From Oscillospiraceae bacterium (GTDB lineage: Bacteria; Bacillota; Clostridia; Oscillospirales; CAG-272): a stretch of 33,646 nt of DNA. The DNA lies in contig SVRB01000003.1 of NCBI GenBank assembly GCA_015065045.1, positions 1 through 33,646 of the forward strand, written 5' to 3'. Under the pieces are notes generated by a model. It was not told where the DNA came from and searched no databases. It saw only the letters and a program-made list of their open reading frames with translations. The translations under genes and the position numbers were made by a program. Positions 1-6,748 of the stretch are shown in pieces (the stretch's first letter is position 1; each line of letters opens with the position of its first letter).

Positions 1-71
1 GCAAGCCCACAAACAGCGAATTTATCGCCATGATTGCCGATAATTTGCGTTTGAAAAATAAATTCTCCTAA
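1..71 (+). CDS. spo0A: Sporulation master regulator Spo0A, C-terminal end (partial, runs in from the left edge)
   Basis: Not in the ORF track. The frame from nt 3 reads KPTNSEFIAMIADNLRLKNKFS*, matching the Spo0A C-terminal signature KPTNSEFIAMxADxLRL. Stop TAA at 69-71. A stand-alone Spo0A_C-domain paralogue cannot be excluded. Confidence 0.85.
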   Translation, partial: KPTNSEFIAMIADNLRLKNKFS

Positions 72-120
72 ATCTATCCCTATTTTATTCCCCATTAAAG
101 TTTTATAACTTTAAAAACAA

Positions 121-147
121 AAAACCGTGTTCCCCTCACGGTTTTTT
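121..147. terminator. Bidirectional intrinsic terminator between convergent spo0A and ytvI
   Basis: AAAACCGTG-ttcccct-CACGGTTTT hairpin with A and T tracts on the two sides. Confidence 0.75.
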
Positions 148-153
148 GTTTTT

Positions 154-1221
154 TTATACATATTTTTCATTTTTCGAGAATATCGTTTTTAAGACTATAA
201 CAAGGACAGGAAAGCTTATCATTCCCCAAAAGCCGCATATTTCAAGACCTATATACATCGAAAATAACGTTGCCAGAGGGTGCAGTCCTATGCTTTTCCC
301 TATTATTTTCGGCTCGGCTATTTCTCTGACCACGCTTACCACTGCAAATATTATCAATAGTCCAAACCCTTGATAATACGATCCTGATAATATTTTAAAC
401 GCCGCCCACGGAATCAGTACAGTCCCAACACCGATAACGGGAAGAATATCGATCAGCGCAGTTATAAGAGCTATGGTAAAAGCATACTCTGTTCCGATTA
501 TAAGAAATCCAATATATAACTGTATGAAAGTAATGGCAATCGTTATAAGATACCCTTTTATTACTTTTATACCCACGATTCGAAGCTTTTGCTTTATGAA
601 ATTTACCCTTTCTCTTTTTTGAGGCGGAAGAAGCTCTATCAGATACGTTGTTATTTCATTATAATCTGCGCAAAAATAATACGAAGCCATAATAAGAATA
701 AGAGACACGAACAACATATTCGGTAGAACGGTTATCAAGGTTTTCAACATTTCGGGAACCTTGTATGTTAGATTCGACAGCATTTCTCTTGACATCTCCG
801 ATATCTTCATCAAAAGCTCTTGTTCGCTTCCGTATGATTTTAGAAATGGAATTTTGTCTAACAGCTTGTTCGTTATTTTTAAAATGTCTGTTATCCACGA
901 GTCAGCGTTGGTGTTTAAAAGAAATACGATTCCGCGTATCTCGTATAACAGCCTGTCAATGATCATAAAAAGAAGCGCGCCTATTAAAACCAGAATGATC
1001 AATACGAGAATGATGCTTAATAATTTTTTCGAAATACGCGTACGCTTGTGTAGTATTTCGGTCATCGGTCTTATTACCATCGCAACGCACCACGCAATTA
1101 TAAACGGAAGTAATATTTTCAAAAGATATTTGAAGAACAAAAAACCAAAAACCACAGATAATATAACGTATAATACTATAACAAGAATTCTTTTATACCC
1201 TTCCTCAGGTAAATAATTCAT
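154..1221 (-). CDS. ytvI: Sporulation integral membrane protein YtvI (AI-2E family)
   Basis: 355 aa multi-TM protein with LLPFIIAW, DILPVIGVGTVLIPWA and REIAEPKIIGKSIGLHPLATL motifs. Purine-rich RBS upstream. Confidence 0.88.
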   Translation of the reverse strand: MNYLPEEGYKRILVIVLYVILSVVFGFLFFKYLLKILLPFIIAWCVAMVIRPMTEILHKRTRISKKLLSIILVLIILVLIGALLFMIIDRLLYEIRGIVFLLNTNADSWITDILKITNKLLDKIPFLKSYGSEQELLMKISEMSREMLSNLTYKVPEMLKTLITVLPNMLFVSLILIMASYYFCADYNEITTYLIELLPPQKRERVNFIKQKLRIVGIKVIKGYLITIAITFIQLYIGFLIIGTEYAFTIALITALIDILPVIGVGTVLIPWAAFKILSGSYYQGFGLLIIFAVVSVVREIAEPKIIGKSIGLHPLATLFSMYIGLEICGFWGMISFPVLVIVLKTIFSKNEKYV

Positions 1222-1325
1222 AAGATCCCCCCTTTTCTCGAAATATGTAACTCATATTTATTATATAAAAAAGAAGGGCTTTCCATTCGATGAACTTTAA
1301 AATTTATTTGAGAACAAAAAAATAG

Positions 1326-1347
1326 AGGGGGACAAAACTGTCCCCCT
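1326..1347 (-). terminator. Intrinsic terminator after the ECF S-component gene
   Basis: AGGGGGACA-aaac-TGTCCCCCT stem followed by a T-run on the minus strand. Confidence 0.7.
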
Positions 1348-1364
1348 GCAAATTTATATCTATC

Positions 1365-1868
1365 TTAGAAAAATAATATTTTATGCTTTTCAAATAGTTT
1401 TATCAAAACAATGCCTATTACAAGTCCCACTATTCCCTGAACTGAATTTGCGGGAATGTTTACTGCCGAAGCAACAAAACCGTACATAAAACCTTCAAAT
1501 ATGAAATATCCGAGCACCATAATTATTTCAGCTAAAACACCGCTGATAATTCTTGATGAAAGCTTGCCAAGCTTTTTGTTGCTCAGCTTGAAAACGTAAA
1601 ATGCAACAAGCGCCATTAAGCCCTTTATTACGGCTGTCGCAGGCGCATAGATCACATATCCTGAAAACAAATCCGCCAATGCTGAACCAAGACCTGCAGC
1701 AATAAAGCCATACGCAGGTGAAAGCATCCACCCTGCCAACAATACCATACAGTCGCCCAAATTTATATATCCGTTTAACGGAGAAGGCAGCTTAATAATC
1801 ATCGTTGCCACACATACAAGCGAAGCCACAAGCGCTGTCATAACTATTTTCTTTAATTTCTTATCCAT
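1365..1868 (-). CDS. ECF transporter S component, probably vitamin B6-related (PdxU/HmpT-like)
   Basis: ~167 aa hydrophobic protein with GYINLGD, GLGSALADL and APATAVIKG motifs. Start moved to ATG 1868 (AAAGGGG RBS upstream). Substrate is inferred from the divergent PdxR-like regulator. Confidence 0.8.
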   Translation of the reverse strand: MDKKLKKIVMTALVASLVCVATMIIKLPSPLNGYINLGDCMVLLAGWMLSPAYGFIAAGLGSALADLFSGYVIYAPATAVIKGLMALVAFYVFKLSNKKLGKLSSRIISGVLAEIIMVLGYFIFEGFMYGFVASAVNIPANSVQGIVGLVIGIVLIKLFEKHKILFF

Positions 1869-1961
1869 TTGTATCAATCCCCTTTACATCCTGATATAAA
1901 TAATGTATACTTAATCTGATATTATAACAATCACCAAAATAGGAGTTTTTTATATAACCAG

Positions 1962-3044
1962 ATGAAATATATTGTTGATAAGAAAACACGTCCCGTATAT
2001 TTACAACTCTATAAACAGATACGCGATGATATTGTTGCGGGAAACTATTCATACAAAACAAAGCTCCCCTCTAAACGTAATCTTGCAGATGAAACAGGGG
2101 TCAGCGTTATAACCGTTGAGCACGCTTACGCTTTGCTTTGTGATGAGGGATATGTCGAAGCTAAAGAGCGAAGCGGATACGTAGTTATATTCAGAAAAGC
2201 CGATGGTTTTGCCGTTTCAGACAATATACATACAAAGACCTATAACCATAACGTCGAACATAATTATCCCGATTTCCCGCTATCTGTTTTAAGCAAAACC
2301 TTTCGAAAGGTATTAAACGAGCACGGAGAGCTTTTACTCGAAAAAACATCGAATTTGGGGTGTGCTGAGCTACGCAATGCAATTCGCCGTTATCTTGCGA
2401 GAAATCGAGGTATCCACGTTGATGCAGAACAGATTATTATAGGTTCAGGCTCAGAGTACCTCTACAGACTTATTGTAGAATTGCTTGGAAGACATAGAAT
2501 TTATGCTGTTGAATCACCGTCATATAAAAAAATAGAGCAAGTATACCTTGCAACCGAAATTACATATGAATCGCTTCCGCTTACAAGCACCGGTATTGAC
2601 AGTAATGCTCTTACAAAAACGAAAGCTGAGGTGTTGCATACAACACCTTATCGTAGCTATCCCAGTGGAGTCACTGCAACAGCAACAAAAATGCACGAAT
2701 ATATACACTGGTCGGATAACGGTAATCGTTACATTATAGAGGATGATTATGAGTCAGAATTTTCGGTTTCTACAAAGCCTACAGAAACGCTATTCGCACT
2801 ATCAAAATTTGATAACGTGATATATCTCAATACGTTTTCCAAAACTATATCCCCCTCACTCCGTGTCGGGTATATGGTTCTTCCGAAACACCTTGTGGAG
2901 ACATTTAATAAAAAACTCGGATTTTACTCATGTACAGTGCCAACGTTTATGCAATATGTTCTTACGGAACTAATAAACAACGGCGATTTCGAACGGCATA
3001 TCAACCGTGTCAGACGAAAGAAAAGAAAGGATAATATTATTTAG
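1962..3044 (+). CDS. MocR/GabR-family regulator (GntR wHTH + PLP aminotransferase-like domain), PdxR-like, short form
   Basis: LPSKRNLA...VSVITVEHAYALLCDEGY HTH; IIEDDYESEF; PLP-lysine motif FSKTISPSLRVGY. Confidence 0.9.
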   Translation: MKYIVDKKTRPVYLQLYKQIRDDIVAGNYSYKTKLPSKRNLADETGVSVITVEHAYALLCDEGYVEAKERSGYVVIFRKADGFAVSDNIHTKTYNHNVEHNYPDFPLSVLSKTFRKVLNEHGELLLEKTSNLGCAELRNAIRRYLARNRGIHVDAEQIIIGSGSEYLYRLIVELLGRHRIYAVESPSYKKIEQVYLATEITYESLPLTSTGIDSNALTKTKAEVLHTTPYRSYPSGVTATATKMHEYIHWSDNGNRYIIEDDYESEFSVSTKPTETLFALSKFDNVIYLNTFSKTISPSLRVGYMVLPKHLVETFNKKLGFYSCTVPTFMQYVLTELINNGDFERHINRVRRKKRKDNII

Positions 3045-3632
3045 CTAATAATATCTCTCCCTCCGTCTTTTGCTCCACAAAAGCCACCGTCTCGTTGCGA
3101 CTCGGTCACGGTTCGCTACCTCGCCAGATGGAGGTAAAAACCAGATTTGCGTAAAACGGGACGTCGTGGGCGCCGTCCCCCACAAATACCAATATTATCT
3201 CATAAAACAATAAATCTTCCGCAGACCACGGAGGGTTCCGAGGGAGGAAAGACCTCGGTCGTTTTAAGGGTAGGGTTCAAAGGGAGGGGAAATCGAAATC
3301 CCCTCCCTTGTGCCTTCTTTGGTTACTTTCTTGGCACGCAAGAAAGTAACGTAAAAAAGAAAAGATAATATTATTTCGCAAAATAATACGTCTTTGCCCT
3401 CTCAGTCAGCTTTGCTGACAGCGTCTCGTTGCGACTCGGTCACGGTTCGGCTCTGACATCACACCGTGATGTCATTCACTCCCTCACCGCCGCTTCGCTA
3501 CCCGAGGGGAGAGCCTAAAAGGCACAGAATGTCAGGAGCTTCGCTCCCGAACCCACACAAGAGGCGCACTTTTGAAAAAGTGCCCTCTTGACTCCCTCAA
3601 AACTTTTAATAGATTTTGCGAACTTTGCAAAA
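3021..3632. repeat. Composite palindromic intergenic repeat cluster, copy A
   Basis: Colinear with 31726-32110. Exact shared blocks: 35 nt at 3299-3333 = 31868-31902 and 28 nt at 3531-3558 = 32011-32038. Internal 28-nt repeat 3088-3115 = 3422-3449. Many hairpins. Confidence 0.92.
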
Positions 3633-3636
3633 AAAC

Positions 3637-3661
3637 AAACGGGTGAAAAATTCACCCGTTT
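3637..3661. terminator. Intrinsic terminator of the ylxM-ffh-rpsP-khpA operon (potentially bidirectional)
   Basis: AAACGGGTGAA-aaa-TTCACCCGTTT directly after the khpA stop, with a T-run on the minus strand. Confidence 0.8.
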
Positions 3662-3665
3662 ATCT

Positions 3666-3902
3666 TCATCTTATTTCGACTGTAACTTTTTTGTTGTCTG
3701 CGTTTGCCGCAGCCTTCATAACAGTACGGATCGCCTTTGCAATTCTGCCGTTTCTTCCGATAACCTTACCCATATCCTGAGATGCAACGCTGAGTGTCAA
3801 TACAACACTGTTTCCGTTTTCGCTCTCAATAACGGTAACCATATCAGGTTCGTCAACGATTGCCTTAGCAATATCCGTGAGAATCTGTTTCAAATTCAAC
3901 AT
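3666..3902 (-). CDS. khpA: KH-domain RNA-binding protein KhpA (YlqC)
   Basis: 78 aa, DMGKVIGRNGRIAKAIR KH motif, canonical position downstream of rpsP. Confidence 0.93.
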   Translation of the reverse strand: MLNLKQILTDIAKAIVDEPDMVTVIESENGNSVVLTLSVASQDMGKVIGRNGRIAKAIRTVMKAAANADNKKVTVEIR

Positions 3903-3918
3903 GTTTTCTTACCGCAGA

Positions 3919-4161
3919 TTATTCTGTAATGCCGGATTTCTTAAGAAGTGCTCTTACAGTCTCTGTGGGCTGAGCGCCGTTACCAAGCCACTTTGTAGCC
4001 TTTTCTGCATCGATCTTGATTTCTGCAGGGTTTGTCAAGGGATTGTAGTAACCAATCTCTTCAATGAATCTACCGTTACGGGGAGATCTTGAATCTGCAA
4101 CTACTACACGATAGAAGGGTTTCTTCTTTGCGCCAACTCTCTTAAGTCTGATTTTAACCAT
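3919..4161 (-). CDS. rpsP: 30S ribosomal protein S16
   Basis: [41 protein letters not shown]. Confidence 0.99.
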   Translation of the reverse strand: MVKIRLKRVGAKKKPFYRVVVADSRSPRNGRFIEEIGYYNPLTNPAEIKIDAEKATKWLGNGAQPTETVRALLKKSGITE

Positions 4162-4193
4162 TTTTGTATTCCTCCAAAAATTTTATATAAATT

Positions 4194-5576
4194 TTATTTT
4201 TTCTTTTTCTTATTTTTCTTAAGCTTTTTCTTTGTGAATCTGTTGCCAAAACCACCGAGTCCTCCGAGTCCGGGGATTCCCTTACCCTGAGAAATCTGTT
4301 TCATAAGCTTATTTGTCTGTTCAAACTGCTTAAGCAATCTGTTTACGTCTTCAACAGTCGTACCGCTTCCTGCCGCAATTCTCTTTCTTCTTGACGCTGA
4401 AATGATATCAGGATTTTCCCTTTCTTTCACTGTCATAGAACGAATTATCGCTTCCATACGGTCAATCTGTTTTTCGTCGAGCTTCGCATCCTTGAGGTCA
4501 AGCCCCTTCACACCGGGCATCATACCGAGCAGCTGCTCCATAGATCCCATACCTCTTATCTGCTGGAACTGTTCGAGATAATCGGTAAGTGTAAACTTTG
4601 ACTCGCGAAGCTTCTGTTCAAGCTCTGCCGCCTTTTTCTCGTCGTATGCCTGCTCTGCCTTTTCAATAAGCGAAAGCATATCGCCCATACCGAGAATACG
4701 TGAAGCCATTCTGTCAGGATGGAAAGGTTCGATAGCATCAAGCTTTTCACCCGTACCAACATACTTAATAGGCTTACCCGTAATATATCTTACAGAAAGA
4801 ACAGCACCACCTCTGGTATCGCCGTCCATCTTTGTAACAACAACGCCGGTTATATCAAGAAGATCATTGAACGACTGCGCAACGTTTACCGCATCCTGAC
4901 CTGTCATAGCATCAACTACGAGCAGAATTTCTGTCGGCTCAACCTTGCTCTTTATGTTCTTGAGCTCTTCCATCATATCCTCGTCAATGTGCAGTCTACC
5001 TGCAGTATCGACGAATACCATATCGTAACCGTTTTTCTTCGCGTGCTCAACACCCGCCTTGGCAATTTCAACCGGGCTTATCTTGTCACCCATCGTAAAC
5101 ACGGGAACGCCAATCTGTCCGCCTACAACCTCAAGCTGCTTTATAGCCGCCGGTCTGTAAACGTCGCAGGCAACAAGCAAAGGTCTTTTTCCCTGCTTCT
5201 TAAAATGCGACGCAAGCTTTGCCGCGTGAGTAGTCTTACCTGCGCCCTGAAGACCTGTCATCATAATAACGGTCGGGGGCTTCGGTGATATCGTTATCTT
5301 TGCCTGAGAACCGCCCATAAGATCAATAAGCTCTTCGTTTACTATCTTAACGATCTGCTGTGCGGGAACAAGGCTTTCAAGAACCTGAGTTCCAACGGCT
5401 CTCTCGGTTACTTTATTTATAAAATCTTTAACAACCTTAAAGTTTACGTCAGCTTCAAGCAACGCAAGCTTGATCTCGCGCATACCTGACTTAACGTCGC
5501 TTTCGGTAAGCTTACCCTTACTCCTAAAGCTTTTGAATGCTGAAGATAATTTATCTGTAAGGCTTTGAAAACTCAT
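4194..5576 (-). CDS. ffh: Signal recognition particle protein Ffh
   Basis: GLQGAGKTT, DTAGR and TKMDGDTRGG GTPase motifs; M domain with SRRKRIAAGSG. Confidence 0.99.
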   Translation of the reverse strand: MSFQSLTDKLSSAFKSFRSKGKLTESDVKSGMREIKLALLEADVNFKVVKDFINKVTERAVGTQVLESLVPAQQIVKIVNEELIDLMGGSQAKITISPKPPTVIMMTGLQGAGKTTHAAKLASHFKKQGKRPLLVACDVYRPAAIKQLEVVGGQIGVPVFTMGDKISPVEIAKAGVEHAKKNGYDMVFVDTAGRLHIDEDMMEELKNIKSKVEPTEILLVVDAMTGQDAVNVAQSFNDLLDITGVVVTKMDGDTRGGAVLSVRYITGKPIKYVGTGEKLDAIEPFHPDRMASRILGMGDMLSLIEKAEQAYDEKKAAELEQKLRESKFTLTDYLEQFQQIRGMGSMEQLLGMMPGVKGLDLKDAKLDEKQIDRMEAIIRSMTVKERENPDIISASRRKRIAAGSGTTVEDVNRLLKQFEQTNKLMKQISQGKGIPGLGGLGGFGNRFTKKKLKKNKKKKK

Positions 5577-5587
5577 TTTTAGCCTCC

Positions 5588-5938
5588 TTAATCAAGCATT
5601 TTTTCGGCAACCTCAATTATGCCGTCTATCTCTTCGGAAAGGTGTGGATTGTTCTCCTTCATACCGATCAGTCTATTGATAATAAAATCCGTATTCGTCT
5701 TATTATCGGAGAACTTCGCAAGAAGTCCTAACTTCTTTTCCATATCGGTAAGTATGATCTTGCACTTATTCAAAGAATCTCTCACTCCCTGCGGTGTGAT
5801 TCCCGTAATTTCCGAAATCTCACGCAAGGACAGATCCTCGTCAAAAGACAGCGATGCGATCTCTTTTTGACGTTCTGTCAGTATATCACCGTAAAAATCA
5901 AACAACAGCGACATATTTATTTTTTCATCATAATTCAT
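5588..5938 (-). CDS. ylxM: YlxM (UPF0122) HTH protein, SRP-associated
   Basis: LLFDFYGDILTERQKE...DLSLREISE...LEKKLG-like motif, upstream of ffh. Start set at ATG 5938 (AGGTGA RBS). Confidence 0.93.
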   Translation of the reverse strand: MNYDEKINMSLLFDFYGDILTERQKEIASLSFDEDLSLREISEITGITPQGVRDSLNKCKIILTDMEKKLGLLAKFSDNKTNTDFIINRLIGMKENNPHLSEEIDGIIEVAEKMLD

Positions 5939-5970
5939 CGCAATCACCTGTAAAGCAAAACACTTTACAC

Positions 5971-5999
5971 ATTATAACAATAAAAAGCCCCTTTGTCAA
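5971..5999 (-). promoter_or_regulatory. Sigma-A promoter of the ylxM-ffh operon
   Basis: Perfect TTGACA (5994-5999)-17 nt-TATAAT (5971-5976) on the minus strand. Confidence 0.85.
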
Positions 6000-6008
6000 G
6001 GGCTTTTT
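5982..6008 (-). terminator. Probable comFC terminator hairpin overlapping the ylxM -35 box
   Basis: AAAAAGCCC-N9-GGGCTTTTT inverted repeat just after the comFC stop. Confidence 0.6.
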
Positions 6009-6025
6009 TCAATATATTTTCTTTA

Positions 6026-6748
6026 TTATCCGTTTTTTGCAGCTAGAACGCAGAAAACAGATTTAGCTCCGTTATTTTTCAAAAGCTCTGCGCAAACACC
6101 GGTCATTGCTCCCGTCGTTCCGATATCGTCAACAAGCAAAACCTTCTTTCCCTCGATTTTCGAAATCTCGCTTTTTTCAATATAACAATTAGCCTTAGCA
6201 TTCAGCTCTCTTTGGAGCTTTTTCAGCTTTTTCTGCTCTATTTTGCCGCCTTTGTGTCTCAATATGTTTACATATTCTACGCCTAACTTGTCAGCAATAA
6301 CCATCGCGAGTTTTTTAGCATGGTCATAACCGTATCTGTTTATTGACCTCGGATTTCTCGGAATATTCACCACAACTGTATTCGACAAGCCTCTTTTTGA
6401 AATAATATTTTTTATCATTTCATCGGCAACAAACTCGAATACTCTATCATTATTTCCATTCTTTAATTGATAGATTATTTTGTTCACCACAGATTCTCTG
6501 TCATAATCCTTATATACAGCAAGATGCCTTACAGAATCAACGCTCCTCTTGCCAAAACCGCAACGGCAGTCTATCTGCGCATCCTTACAATATGGACAAA
6601 TCACCATCTTTGCAAGCTGCCACTGCTCGTCACACTCATCGCATAGCATTTTCTCCGAGTCATATTCTAAAATAGTCTTACAAGCAACACATTTCTTAAC
6701 AAAAATAACGTTAAAAAACGAGTTGATAATTTTCTTTATCTTATTCAT
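6026..6748 (-). CDS. comFC: ComF family protein (ComFC; Zn finger + PRTase-like domain)
   Basis: CxxC..CxxC..CxxC..CxC N-terminus, RYGYDHA, VLLVDDIGTTGA PRPP-loop. ATG at 6748 preferred as start. Confidence 0.85.
   Translation of the reverse strand: MNKIKKIINSFFNVIFVKKCVACKTILEYDSEKMLCDECDEQWQLAKMVICPYCKDAQIDCRCGFGKRSVDSVRHLAVYKDYDRESVVNKIIYQLKNGNNDRVFEFVADEMIKNIISKRGLSNTVVVNIPRNPRSINRYGYDHAKKLAMVIADKLGVEYVNILRHKGGKIEQKKLKKLQRELNAKANCYIEKSEISKIEGKKVLLVDDIGTTGAMTGVCAELLKNNGAKSVFCVLAAKNG

Noticed and set aside
3184-3360. Repeat core considered as a T-box, riboswitch or SRP RNA (given proximity to ffh)
   Set aside because: No T-box, known aptamer or SRP domain IV motif recognised. It lies downstream of terminators, and a second copy sits in an unrelated context.
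3147-3368. 73-aa ORF within repeat cluster A (also 21555-21782 and 31941-32123 in the other clusters)
   Set aside because: Reading frames are not preserved between repeat copies (indels) and have no RBS; artefacts of GC-rich palindromes.
3088-3449. 28-nt direct repeat considered as a CRISPR repeat
   Set aside because: Only two copies 334 nt apart, no regular spacers and no cas genes; explained as nested repeat elements.
4719-5288. 189-aa ORF antisense to ffh (and similar shadows over metK, recD2, rimO, pbp2 and clpC)
   Set aside because: Fully overlap well-supported genes on the opposite strand with no independent evidence.
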